DNA of 64,000 bases from positions 62,001 to 126,000 of the forward strand of contig KV454016.1 in assembly GCA_001661245.1 (NCBI GenBank), written 5' to 3'. Position 1 is the stretch's first letter; each line of letters begins with the position of its first letter. Positions 44,338 to 55,470 of the stretch are shown piece after piece. The position numbers and the translations under genes are program-made. The notes beneath the pieces are model-generated. The model was not told where the DNA came from. It did no database searches and saw only the letters and a list, made by a program, of their open reading frames with translations. Source of the stretch: Pachysolen tannophilus NRRL Y-2460. Its lineage: Eukaryota.

Positions 44338-44557
44338 GTGGCGGCGGGAAAAAGGCGGGAAAAAGGCGGAGGTAGAGCAGGCAGTGAAAGCAGTGAAGGT
44401 GATGAAGGTGGTGAAGGTAGTCCACTTGCTGTCTACTTTGTGTCTACTGGCGGTTTAGGAGAAGTGGCGGCGTACTTTGTCACTGGAGGCGGCGGCGGAA
44501 AAGGCAGCAACAGCAGCAGCAGCGGGTAGCTACTGCCTTCACTGCCTCTGCCGCCTC
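44338..44557. repeat. GC-rich intergenic island with direct and inverted repeats
   Basis: GGCGGGAAAAA twice, a GTGAAGG series and a CAG run. Inverted repeat AGGCAGTGAAAGCAGT (44379-94) / ACTGCCTTCACTGCCT (44532-47). Confidence 0.8.
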
Positions 44558-44632
44558 AACTTTCGTTATTTAATATTCTAATAGTACTATTTTCTAGTGT
44601 TCTATACTACTATACGATTTACTTTTATTCCA

Positions 44633-45883
44633 TTAGTTTTTAGTAGTTTCACTTCCTGGAACCACTTTAAAAGACAAGATATCATTCTGACCAACATCCA
44701 CAAGATCATCTTCACTGACTCTAACTCCTCCAACACCTTCGATAACCGCTATAGTTACCTCTCCCATAACATGTCTTGCAACACTTCCTACCGAAGTACC
44801 TCTTTTCACCAAGGTACAATCTCTAAATGCATGTTGACCTGATGAACCTGTAAAAGTATTTATATTTCTTACTGTGTATACTGGAATTAAATTTAAAATA
44901 TCAGCAGCTGCTTGTAATACTTGAACAACACCTGTACTTCCAAATCTGTATAAGACTAAATCTCTAATATTTTCAACCCGTTGTTTCAATTTATCATCTA
45001 ATGGTTTTAATCCACTTTCTTTACCTAAATCTTCAAGTGTATCAACAAATTCTGTACCTTCTTCATATTTAATATAATTTTGTTTAGCCAATTTTCTTAA
45101 AAAAACTTCTGTTATAGCAGATGTTAAAACTGCTTTAGAATCTGGATGTTTTAATAAAATTTTTGAAACATTTTTATCAGCATCAGGATGATCAATTTTA
45201 TTTAATGCTAATACAGTTGGAAATTTTTCACTCATAAATGCTCGTACTACAATAGTTATCATTTCATGATCCCATGTCTCCAATTTAGGTAAATTTGGAA
45301 TCCTTGCTAAAGCTTTAGCTACTAATTTCCCAGAAGCTCCATAACCACCGAATTGTGATCTTAAAGTTTCAACTGCTGAACTTTTAGTTGCTGTATGTCT
45401 TCTAACAATTGACCCCCATCTTTTTAATAAATTATTCTCAATCCATAATCGAATTTCATCTTGTAACCATTCAATGTCTTGTAAAGGATCATAACCACGA
45501 GTTTCCTTCCCCTCGGCATCAATTGTCCCAGAAACATCAACAACATGAATTAAAGCATCTGCTTGACGTAAATCATCTAAAAATTTATTACCTAAACCTC
45601 TCCCAGTAGAAGCTCCAGGTACTAATCCTGCAACATCTAATAATTGAACTGGAACATGTCTCTTACCATTGGAACACCACCCATAGTTGGGCTTACAATA
45701 TTCTTGTTTCCCAAACCTTGCACATGCACAATCAACTTGTAAATAACCAGTAGCTCTATTTGGCTCTATGGTACAAAATGGGAATGCACCAACTTTTGCA
45801 TCTGCATCAGTTAAACTATTTAAAGTTGTAGATTTCCCCGATGAAGGTTTACCAACAATACCAATCAAAGGATCCCGAGGCAT
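44633..45883 (-). CDS. OBG-family GTPase (YGR210C-like)
   Basis: [52 protein letters not shown] motifs. Confidence 0.9.
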   Translation of the reverse strand: MPRDPLIGIVGKPSSGKSTTLNSLTDADAKVGAFPFCTIEPNRATGYLQVDCACARFGKQEYCKPNYGWCSNGKRHVPVQLLDVAGLVPGASTGRGLGNKFLDDLRQADALIHVVDVSGTIDAEGKETRGYDPLQDIEWLQDEIRLWIENNLLKRWGSIVRRHTATKSSAVETLRSQFGGYGASGKLVAKALARIPNLPKLETWDHEMITIVVRAFMSEKFPTVLALNKIDHPDADKNVSKILLKHPDSKAVLTSAITEVFLRKLAKQNYIKYEEGTEFVDTLEDLGKESGLKPLDDKLKQRVENIRDLVLYRFGSTGVVQVLQAAADILNLIPVYTVRNINTFTGSSGQHAFRDCTLVKRGTSVGSVARHVMGEVTIAVIEGVGGVRVSEDDLVDVGQNDILSFKVVPGSETTKN

Positions 45884-46082
45884 CTTGAAATTCCAATTTT
45901 TAGTTTCGTTTTTCTTTTTCTTTTATTTGAATTTGCTATATAAAAATTCTTCAATATATTTATTATATACTTATATTTATATTTATATATATAAAAAAAA
46001 TTTTTCACGACCTCATCTATATGACAGATAAACCAATTATTATTAACATGGACTATGAGAGATAGGATTGCTTTTAAGTATA

Positions 46083-46691
46083 ATGTTTAATAGTATCTTG
46101 TTCATCAAGCGTCTGAAATTGATTTTTAATTTAAGAAATTGTCAATTGATTAAAAAAAATATAAAAATTTGTAACTTTTCAACTAGAAACAACTTATTTA
46201 AAGAGAAAGAGGTAAATTGGAATGAATCACAAACACTTGTTCATCTAAAATCCAAGTTTCAAGGTAGATGTGTTGAGATATCATCTTTAGAAGATGTACC
46301 TCGATTACTAAATTGTTTTATGGAGTCACATTCTAAGATTTTATCAAACGCAACACATCCAATGATGTACGCTTGGAGAACAGGTACTGTTTCTTGTATC
46401 AATTCTGGAAAATTTTTTAATATCATTAATTTGAACCAAGGTTGTCATGATAATAATGAAGCCGGAGCAGGCGCAAGGATCTTAGGATTACTAGAAAGAA
46501 CAAAATTGGTTAACGTGTTGGTAATTGTTTCCAGATGGTACGGTGGAACACCTCTTGGTCCTGCTAGATTTAGAGACATAACAGAAGTTGCAACACAAAG
46601 CTTGAAAAAAGGACTTTTCTTGGATGAAAATAACTCACCAATCTATAAGTTAAATCGAAATCAACAAACAACACAAAGGAAAAGGAAATAA
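46083..46691 (+). CDS. IMPACT/UPF0029-domain protein (YDL177C-like), possibly mitochondrial
   Basis: KSKFQGR, ATHPMMYAWR, DNNEAGAGARIL, VSRWYGGTPLGPARFRDI; no RWD domain; basic N-terminus. Confidence 0.85.
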   Translation: MFNSILFIKRLKLIFNLRNCQLIKKNIKICNFSTRNNLFKEKEVNWNESQTLVHLKSKFQGRCVEISSLEDVPRLLNCFMESHSKILSNATHPMMYAWRTGTVSCINSGKFFNIINLNQGCHDNNEAGAGARILGLLERTKLVNVLVIVSRWYGGTPLGPARFRDITEVATQSLKKGLFLDENNSPIYKLNRNQQTTQRKRK

Positions 46692-47127
46692 CCAATAATC
46701 TACAACCTCCCATCTCTTTTACAATTATATATATGAAAGTACTTGACCATTAATCTTCGAAATTGCCTAAAGAGGAAACTGTCTTATTATTTTACATACC
46801 CTCTATTAATAACTCCATTGAAAAGAACCAATTAGCCAGACTATTGGGACTTTAGTTTAGTTGGAATATTCTTACTTCAAAAGATGAGAGCACTAACTCT
46901 TTGTTTGAAATAACTATATATATATATAAATGCAATTTTCTCATTAGAATTTGTTTGTTGTATTTGACATTTAAAAGCATAAACCTTGAAAACATAGACA
47001 AAATGAATTTTCAAAAATCTACCAAGAATTGGTCAATGACCACCTAGATGAAATTTAATTCAAATCAATTGTAATCTAGTCTTTTTGATAATTAAGTTTC
47101 TTTTAATTTTGGTTCTTCTCTTAAATG

Positions 47128-47220
47128 TCCGCCCAAGCTTTTATTTAACCCTGCTCCGCCCAGTTTTCTCCCAGTTTCCGCCCAATCTCCGCCTAATTTT
47201 TTTTGCAGAGTTTCCGCCTA
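47128..47220. promoter_or_regulatory. Cluster of five TCCGCC(C/T)A motifs upstream of the FLC-like gene
   Basis: Five same-orientation TCCGCC copies within about 95 bp of AT-rich promoter DNA; binding factor unknown. Confidence 0.5.
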
Positions 47221-47540
47221 AAAATTCATCCCTCAAACAGTAAAAGGCTAAAAAAAAAAACAAAAAAAAAAGGTTTAAAAATAGCCCTGCGGTTTTCTTT
47301 TATAAATTCAATATTTGCAATTGCAATTATTGGGAGTTAGATTTCAAAATCCGAAGATATTGCTGCTTTTATCTTAAAAGGCTGCTTGCGATGGTAGTGG
47401 GTAGTGGTAGGCATTAGATTAAGAGCTAAAGTTATCATTTAATTAATTTTTTTTTTTTTAAATTTGAAAGATAAAAGTCAAGGTTTAATATTTAAAATTT
47501 TGCAGGTCAAAATTTTTTTTTTTCATTTTATTTTTAATAA

Positions 47541-49732
47541 ATGTTTTGGTTGATACGTAATATTGCCATGATTTTATTGGTATGGTTGTTCTTGGTGATA
47601 TCTTTTGCTGAATCTGCGTTGGTTGAACCATATGAATGTTTTGATTCAAAGATCAGAAATGCTCTGTTTTCAAATTTTGTGCCCGATGTTTCTTACGGGA
47701 AGGAGAATAAAACTTTAACTTTTAGTGTTCATTCGGATGTGTTTTCATATACGCCTGATGTCAATCTGAGTACAAATATATTCACAACATTACATTTGAC
47801 AATTGGTTATACCAATGGAGATACTTCGAATCATTATCTCAGGTTATGTGATTATATAAGTTTGATTAACGCAGGAAATTCAACAAGCTCCAGTACTACT
47901 AGTACTACTAGTAGTGATAGCGATAGTGATTCTGATGATGATATATGTCCATTATATTCCGGAGAGACGATTTCCATAAATTATAGTGCTGATATTTCAA
48001 ATCATTGTGTTGTTGGGACGTATTCAGTACAAATGCAGATGATAAGTTCAGATGGTTCAGGGCAAACTATTGGTTGCGTGAAAATGTATGTCACTCCAGA
48101 ATTACCTAAAAATGCTACTTTGCCATTACAAGCTGGAATTGTCATATTAGCTGGGTTGATTTTGTTAATAAACAGTTTTCTGTTGATTTTCTCTCCTTAT
48201 CAAGAATCAGAAGATCCTTATTTATTTTTATATTCAACAGTTTGTAATGCGCCATTACTTAATCAAATTACCCCTGGAATTGATGATTTTTTTGTCTATG
48301 TTCATTTTTCAATATTTATGACCGGTTTAAATTTACAATACCCAGGTTTTTATAAGCTGTTTATTTCATCAATTACATGGGTTGCATTGTTGACCAATGC
48401 TCTCACTCCCGATATGGAAAGTATAGAAGATGGTATTTATGTTACTTATGATGAAAATGGATTAGAAACTTTAGCATTATATGCTACAAATGATTTTCAA
48501 GGTAACGTATGGAAAACTTTTATGGTTGTATTATCATTTTTAATATTGGCAATAGTAGCTCTGGATCAAATATTTGTTGGTTTCTCATTTTTGACTAAAA
48601 GGAAAAACTCTTTTAATTGGAAAAAAAATTTATATCACATTATTGGATTAGTTTTAAGACTTTTCTTTTTCATGTTCACAATGCCATTTTTAGTAACAAG
48701 TATTTATTTATTATCAGGAATTGGTAGTTCTGCAACAAGTACTTATCATGGGAAGAAACCTGAGATTTGGGCAATTGTTTTATCTATTTTATTTTTAATA
48801 GTATGGGTTTTAGTAGGATTATTTTTCATATTCAACTATATTTTCCCTACAAAGAGAAATAACAAAAATAAACAAAATTTGTATACATCCATGAAATTAA
48901 TTTCAATATGGGGAGGATTATATCATAAATATGAACCTTCAAAAATTTATTACTTTATTGTTGAACTTTTAGAAATGCTTTTTTTATCTATTATTATCGG
49001 AGCATTACAAGATCATGGAGCTGTTCAAGTTATAACGGTTATAATTACTGAAGGAATATCATTAATGGCAATGCTTTATTTTAAACCTTATTATCTTAAG
49101 ACAAAGTTAAATGGTTGCAAATTGGTAGTTGCTATTGTAAAATTATTAACTAGTTTCTTGTTGATTCCTTTTGTTATTGAATTACAAACTAGCGAAGAGG
49201 CCATGACTATTGTTGCATTTGTTCAATGTAGTTTACATTTACTGGTTTTATTTTTCATTTTTTTCATACCCGTGATATATTGCCTTATATCTACAATTCA
49301 ATCGATTATTAGAGTGAGAAATGGAGAAATAGTTTCTTTTAATCCTTTAAAAAGTGGGAGTGTTGAAAAGGAAATTAAAATACCTTATTTTGGTGCTGAT
49401 ACTGAAAGTAATAATTATGATAAAACAAATAGTCATATTTCATTACTGGAAATGAGTTATTTTGAAAACCGTTTACATTCCAATAGTGGAGGATTATTTA
49501 GAAACCTGTCAATCTCGACATCAAATTTGGAATTAACAGATAATAGAGTCTTACCACTAGTGGGTATATCAAATATTTCATATGGCAATAATGATAAAAG
49601 TGCAAAGTGTGTTGACTATTCCGTTAGAGAAGCAGATGCTTTCTTTACGGGTAGAATTTTAGAACCTGATCCTGAAGTTAAACAGATATGGGAACTGAGA
49701 GAAGAAAGAAATACCAATATGGTTCCTTCAAC

Positions 49733-49764
<32 letters not shown>

Positions 49765-50060
49765 GTAATAGCATCAAGGGGAAAAAAGATTTATTTAAAT
49801 TAATATTCAGAAACAAATATCGTCGTCCAGTTAAAGGTTTTGAAGTTGAAAGACCAAGACAGATTACTATAGGTGCTGCGAATGTTGGAAATTTGTCCAA
49901 TACTACTAATACCAATCCCCACAAGACCGAGTCTTTGGCAACACGAGACGAAGATGCCGAGGATAAAAACGATGATACCCGCGTCAACGCTACACCAACG
50001 TACTCCGCTCATTTCACAGAAGACTACGGCGACAAATTTTCAACAGAAGAAGAAAACTAA
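47541..50060 (+). CDS. FLC/TRP-like (ML-like domain plus multi-TM) membrane protein
   Basis: Signal peptide, luminal Cys-containing domain (LRLCD, CPL, IGC...VTP), LNLQYPGFY, many TM segments, DYSVREADAFF tail. Confidence 0.75.
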
Positions 50061-50072
50061 CTTTCCCTTAGC

Positions 50073-50205
50073 TGAACACCACCACTTGAACACCACCACT
50101 TGAACACCACCACTTGATACCCTCCTGCACCAACATCTTACACCATTTACACCACACACACCATTATTTTAGAGGTCTTACACCACTTAATACATCTTAC
50201 ACCAT
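50073..50205. repeat. ACACCA-core array: three 14-bp TGAACACCACCACT units plus TCTTACACCA units; telomere/Rap1-like
   Basis: Read directly. Shares CATCTTACACCA, CCTGCACCA and CACCATTATTT with the 1866-1984 array. Followed by a Mcm1-type palindrome CCTAATTAGG (50212-50221). Confidence 0.9.
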
Positions 50206-50558
50206 TTGATTCCTAATTAGGCGTTTTGTTTGTTTTGTTCACTACTTTTTATGTGCTTTTTTGTTTTTTTACTTTTTTACTATAAATAATAATAAGCAGC
50301 GCTTCCGTATACCGTAAAGGCAAGAAGAGGATGAGTTCGGAGTTTATTAAAGTAAAGAATATATAGAGGTATTGGATTAAGTTAATGGGTTATTTAGTGT
50401 TGATATATTGTAGTTATTAGAACTGGTTTTAGTAGAGTTAAAAACTTTTTTGGTTTTTTCAACTATTTGATTTTATTCTTTAAAAAAAAAAGAAAGTTTG
50501 AGGTTTTTGCTTGCTATTAAGGTAAAGTCATCACTTGGCACATGTGCTTTTAATTGCG

Positions 50559-52352
50559 ATGGATTCAGTGGTTAATAATCTTTTATCATCATGGGACTCG
50601 GTAGTTAATCTTGGAGATGCTGATTTTGGGAATAAGGATAAGAGAAGGCATTCTTTTTTCGGGATCAAAAACCCTTCAGGTGCATCAATATCGGAAACAG
50701 ATAATAATAATAATAATAATAAAGATAACGGTAATAGTAATGGTATGGGTTCAATACTGAGTTCCAAGAGTTTGCAGTTACCTCATGGTGATGGTTCATC
50801 GACGTCGCTTTTTGGTTCGTCATCTCAATTGACGGATAAGTTGGTGGAAAGAATTATATCAATGGCTCTTCCAGCTTCTTCGGAGTCGATATCAGCGCTG
50901 GAAAATATTTCACAGCGACTTGAAATGCAAAAGACAAGGCCTTCATTTTCAGTTCCATTGATGTCAAAAAATTTTTTACAATTGAATTCTCGGCTTTCAG
51001 TGCCATTTGAAATGATTGATGAAATTATAAAGTTGATTTCATGGAGATCACAAACTTACACATTAGCAATCCTACTTATAATAACACATATGATAATTAA
51101 TCCGATTTTATTCTTAGTATCGCCATTAATATATATATTATTCGGAATAATGGTTCCCGCATATTTGAAACATCATCCTCCAGAAAGTTCAATTTTTTTC
51201 CCAAAGAATAATCCAGTGCCAGCAAGAGGTTTACCATTATATAAAGTCGTCGAACCAAAACCTGTTCCTGAATTATCTAGGGAATTTGTATTGAATTTAA
51301 CCGATTTACAGAATCATGTTCTCTTATATGTGGTTACATTTGATTTTTTGAATTGGATTGTATTAGAATATTGTTATTTCAAAGATGAAGCAATTTCTGC
51401 TTTGGTTTATCTAATATTATTGATCGCTACACTGTTATGTATGACCTTGATCCCAATAATAAGTATTCCTGGATTATTGAAAATTTTTCAAATTGGATCA
51501 ATAATATTACTTTGGAGTGCAGCAATATTATTTCATCCTTATTTTAAAGATCAACTATTTTATTATATTTATTCTGAAGAAACAAGGTTGAAATTATTAA
51601 CTTTGACAAATAAAGTAGAAAACTTTGTGAAACAAGAATTCACATTTGTTGAAGATCAGGAAGTACGAGAAGTAGAGATTTTTGAGATTCAATATTTGAA
51701 TTCAGAAACGAAAAATTGGACATTACTTTGTTACTCACCTGATCCTTATGTTACTAATTCAGAAATAAGAATTTCAAATTTACCCTTAGAAGGAACACAA
51801 AGTTTACAAGTTGTTAAGCCTCCAGTCGATTGGGAATTTGTACCAAGTCTTTCTGCGGTAAATTCTGATAACTCTAATAATAGCCCACAATCAGCGAAAA
51901 AGAAAAATGAACTTCACTGGAAACTAGATCTTAATCCGAAAGAGTGGGTTTCTAGAAACTACTTAGATTCAGTCATTGATATCGATGATGATGAAAAATG
52001 GTGTTATGATTTATTAACAGATGAAATTTCTCGCGATGGGGAAATGAAAAGTGACAAATTTAGAAGAAGAAGGTGGATTAAACAGTGTATAAGATCTTTC
52101 CAAGTACAAGAGATTATGAAACTTTCGGAGATGAAGCAGAAGAATCTAATTGCAAAAGATGAACATCTAAAAGAAAAAGGAAAGGGAAAGGATAACAAGA
52201 ATTTTATTAAAAATACTTTATCTTCTTCTGATCCAGAAGATTCAGAAGATCATTTGTTGGATGGGGACGGAGATGATGATGCTTCAGAACATTCCTTACA
52301 AGAAAGTGTTAAAAGTGTTGCTGAAGGAAGCATTTCATCGTTTGGTGTTTAG
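50559..52352 (+). CDS. PEX29: Peroxin Pex28/Pex29 family (reticulon-like plus dysferlin domain)
   Basis: MDSV start, LTDKLVERIISMALP, PVPELSREFVLNLTDLQNH, REVEIFEIQ, RRRRW (DysF). ATG at 50559. Confidence 0.88.
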   Translation: MDSVVNNLLSSWDSVVNLGDADFGNKDKRRHSFFGIKNPSGASISETDNNNNNNKDNGNSNGMGSILSSKSLQLPHGDGSSTSLFGSSSQLTDKLVERIISMALPASSESISALENISQRLEMQKTRPSFSVPLMSKNFLQLNSRLSVPFEMIDEIIKLISWRSQTYTLAILLIITHMIINPILFLVSPLIYILFGIMVPAYLKHHPPESSIFFPKNNPVPARGLPLYKVVEPKPVPELSREFVLNLTDLQNHVLLYVVTFDFLNWIVLEYCYFKDEAISALVYLILLIATLLCMTLIPIISIPGLLKIFQIGSIILLWSAAILFHPYFKDQLFYYIYSEETRLKLLTLTNKVENFVKQEFTFVEDQEVREVEIFEIQYLNSETKNWTLLCYSPDPYVTNSEIRISNLPLEGTQSLQVVKPPVDWEFVPSLSAVNSDNSNNSPQSAKKKNELHWKLDLNPKEWVSRNYLDSVIDIDDDEKWCYDLLTDEISRDGEMKSDKFRRRRWIKQCIRSFQVQEIMKLSEMKQKNLIAKDEHLKEKGKGKDNKNFIKNTLSSSDPEDSEDHLLDGDGDDDASEHSLQESVKSVAEGSISSFGV

Positions 52353-52601
52353 GGCATTATGGGGCATGTTTGTGAAATGACTTAAAGAAGAATATATCAT
52401 TCAGCATGGAAAAAGGTTAAGGTGGTCAAAAAGAAATAATAATTTTTTATAAAAAATTAATGGAAAAAGAGAATATTTTACGATTAAAAAAAAGAAAAAA
52501 ACACAGTATCTATTAACTTATTTTAATACTGTTTTATATTAAGAATAATAATATACATAAATATATATATAAAAAATGTATTGTTCATTTCATATCACAT
52601 C

Positions 52602-53417
52602 TCATTGTTTTCCAAAATCCATAAAATCCATTAAATTTAAACCGCTAATTTTCTTTCCAGAATCATTGTTTTGTTTCTTTTTATCTTGTAATAAATTACT
52701 TAAACTATTCAATTTTTTTCTTTTTTTACTTCTTTCCTTAGCTGTTGAATTTTTCTTATTATTGACATTATTAGCAGTATCGCTTCTTGTACCAGAATTA
52801 CTATCTTTTGAAGCATTCCAAGTAGCTATAAAAGGAGTAGAACTAGTAGTTTCTTGCAGTTTTTCAAAAATAGGTGCATTTTTTTTATTTTCCAAAGATG
52901 AAGATGGTTGTAAAAGTATATCATCAAAATCTATTCTATTATCGCAATGTAAACACTCGTATCGTAAAACCCGTTTTCTTGGTTTCCATTCTTCATGATC
53001 TTTATCATTAACATGTTTGTTGGATAATGATTTAACATTTTGGTTTTTTTTAATTTTTTTCTTATTTCCAATATAAACTATTCTAGTCTTTAAATTATAA
53101 CCTGGAATTAAAAAAACTTTACAACAGGGGCATATCTTAACACAGAGCTGTTGTTGTTGCTGTTGCTGATGTTTCTCAATAGCATTCTCGCCAGTATAAA
53201 AGGGCAAAATGAAATTCTTTTCTCTATTGTACTTTATTAATTTTTCATTAATTTTTGAAGATAACAGAGCTATTGTTAATGAATGTGATAAGTTCACATA
53301 ATGTAATGAAGTTGATGTGGTTTGATTTAATTGATTTTGCTTATATGATGTCGATAATGATGATGAAGAAGAAGACACCTGTAAGGGAGATGAGGGAGAG
53401 GGAGACACAGAGGTCAT
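52602..53417 (-). CDS. SNM1: RNase MRP subunit Snm1 (Rpr2/Rpp21 zinc-finger family)
   Basis: CPCC...LIPG...CLHC zinc finger; AKERSKKRKKLNSLSNLL and LNLMDFM C-terminus typical of Snm1. Confidence 0.75.
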   Translation of the reverse strand: MTSVSPSPSSPLQVSSSSSSLSTSYKQNQLNQTTSTSLHYVNLSHSLTIALLSSKINEKLIKYNREKNFILPFYTGENAIEKHQQQQQQQLCVKICPCCKVFLIPGYNLKTRIVYIGNKKKIKKNQNVKSLSNKHVNDKDHEEWKPRKRVLRYECLHCDNRIDFDDILLQPSSSLENKKNAPIFEKLQETTSSTPFIATWNASKDSNSGTRSDTANNVNNKKNSTAKERSKKRKKLNSLSNLLQDKKKQNNDSGKKISGLNLMDFMDFGKQ

Positions 53418-53501
53418 CTTCAATTCTAGGTTCTTAATACTAGTTGAATATATATATTTATATATATAAATTATTATTACATAAATTTTCTTAAAAAATA
53501 A

Positions 53502-53504
<3 letters not shown>

Positions 53505-53539
<35 letters not shown>
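53505..53539. repeat. Poly(dA) tract, A35
   Basis: 35 consecutive A between the SNM1 start and the HST3 stop; probably nucleosome-excluding. Confidence 0.9.
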
Positions 53540-53541
<2 letters not shown>

Positions 53542-53667
53542 AAACATTGTTGATAGTGATATAGTTATACAACAAAGAATATAACAACCGTTTAAAATCC
53601 CTTTTCTAAAACCCAGAGTAACCAAATTTCCCTTCCAACAAAAACAGCAAACAAATTTAAATAGAAA

Positions 53668-55200
53668 TCAAGCTGATGACAATAATTTCTTGATTTTTTT
53701 GGTATTTCCTTGGCTATTTTTTGTTATTTCTTCTAATAATCTTTTTCTTGTCTTTATAGGTGACTTTAAATTATTAGAATTTTTATCTTTAAAAGGTGAA
53801 TTTTTTTGGCTTGAATATGTAAGTGCTTTTTTCAAAGGAGAAAATTGTGGTGATTCAATTTCATTTTCTTTTTCTTCTTGAATATTTATTATTCTCTTTA
53901 ATCTTGGAGATCTTCTCAAGGAAGTAATGGATGTTAAATTATTAACCGTTGAAATAATGTTTTTATTATTTAAATTTCTTGGGGATTTGGATTGAGATAA
54001 GGGACTATATTCAGGGGTTGGATATTCATATTCTATGTTATTATTATTATCTTTAAAAATTTCAAAATTTAATTTTGTAGGAGGTGGAATTGAATTAATA
54101 GGTAATGACAGTACTGATTTTAAATTTAATGAATTTTTTTTAATTGTCTTTGGTGTTGTGTTTAAAATATAATTAATTCTATGTTTAGAAGGAGTATTTG
54201 GTGGTGTCATTAATGTCTTTTGTGTAACTTTAATTTCTGATTTTTCAATTAAAAATAAATCAGGAATTTCTTTTTGTAAATATTTAACCCATTCATCACA
54301 ATCAGCTTGAATATGAAAATCAATAATATTATCCCATGAAGTAAGTGGAACACAATTTTTATTTATGAAAATAACCATTCCATCATTTCTTTCATGAATT
54401 TTTTTAGCTAAATTTTTTACTAATTTTTTAACACCATCAACTTTTAAAGATGTACCAAAAATCAATAAAATTTGTGGATTTTGTTTTAAATCATATTGTA
54501 AACCTTTTGCAATATTTTCAGCATAAGGATGATTTTCACCATATAATATAATATTTGGTCTAAGTATTCCAACTGTTATACTTGACATTCTTTTCCCCAG
54601 AGCTAAACGACGATCAAATTTTTCTAAACAACTTGGACAATCTGGAGTTTCACCATCTTGTAACATTTCTCTATATTCATTTGACCATTCAAATGTTTTA
54701 AAACAATGAGTACAAGATAATTTATTTAAATCTCCATGTAATTGAACAACATCCAATTCTTTCCAATTTAATTCTGTTCCAGTATTTAAATCTAATTTTC
54801 TTTCAATTCCATCAATATTTTGAGTATAACATTTAATTAATTTTTTTTTATCATAAAGTTTTTTCAAAAATTTATGAGTATCTGTAGGATTCAGTTTCAT
54901 TGTATGTGAATATAAAGATTCCATAAAAGTACAAAAAATTTTTAAAGTCTCTTCACTTCTAAAAAGTGAAATATCAAATAAATCTTTCCCCTTTACAATA
55001 CAATTTGGATGTTTTGTCTTTACCATATTATATAACCCTTCTGAAGACCTAAAATCAGGAATCCCAGCATTACAAGATATCCCTGCTCCAGTAAGCGTCA
55101 CTATCTTCCTCGACTTCAATATCAGTCTAGATATTAAAGATAATTGACTTTTGTCGCGCTCATCAACAGCGTCTAATTGGTGTAACTGAATTGATCGCAT
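53668..55200 (-). CDS. HST3: Sirtuin H3K56 deacetylase Hst3
   Basis: TGAGISCNAGIPDFRS, KGKDLFD, YTQNIDGIE, QLHGDL, zinc-binding CxxC pairs, LRPNIILYGENHP, GTSLKVDG; S/TP-rich tail. ATG at 55200. Confidence 0.92.
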   Translation of the reverse strand: MRSIQLHQLDAVDERDKSQLSLISRLILKSRKIVTLTGAGISCNAGIPDFRSSEGLYNMVKTKHPNCIVKGKDLFDISLFRSEETLKIFCTFMESLYSHTMKLNPTDTHKFLKKLYDKKKLIKCYTQNIDGIERKLDLNTGTELNWKELDVVQLHGDLNKLSCTHCFKTFEWSNEYREMLQDGETPDCPSCLEKFDRRLALGKRMSSITVGILRPNIILYGENHPYAENIAKGLQYDLKQNPQILLIFGTSLKVDGVKKLVKNLAKKIHERNDGMVIFINKNCVPLTSWDNIIDFHIQADCDEWVKYLQKEIPDLFLIEKSEIKVTQKTLMTPPNTPSKHRINYILNTTPKTIKKNSLNLKSVLSLPINSIPPPTKLNFEIFKDNNNNIEYEYPTPEYSPLSQSKSPRNLNNKNIISTVNNLTSITSLRRSPRLKRIINIQEEKENEIESPQFSPLKKALTYSSQKNSPFKDKNSNNLKSPIKTRKRLLEEITKNSQGNTKKIKKLLSSA

Positions 55201-55444
55201 CTTTTCTTTTCTTCTCTTCTCTTTCTTATAAAAATAAAAAATTCTTTCTCTTTTCTTTCTCTTTTCCTCCAATTGGTTTTTTCTTATTTAATTATATTTA
55301 ATTATACATCGGCGGTTATTCAATTAAACCCTTTGTTCAATTTTCCTTTTTTTTTTCTTGATATCTTTAATTCTCGATAAATCATGTATTATATAAAATG
55401 CAATTAAAAAAGGAAAAAAGATGGTGTTTCGTTTGCAATGTCAT

Positions 55445-55470
55445 ATACCCGATTAGGAAATAGATAAATA
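55445..55470. promoter_or_regulatory. Composite Mcm1-Forkhead (CLB2-cluster type) element upstream of HST3
   Basis: CCCGATTAGG-AAA-TAG-ATAAATA: a CC(N6)GG box followed at canonical spacing by RTAAAYA. Confidence 0.6.

Noticed and set aside
44242..44529. 95-aa ORF over the GC island
   Set aside because: GTG start, low-complexity Gly/Ser product, explained by the GC-rich repeats lacking stop codons.
46985..47058. Short coding-looking stretch (NEFSKIYQELVNDHLDEI*)
   Set aside because: In-frame stop just upstream, no ATG and no convincing splice signals.
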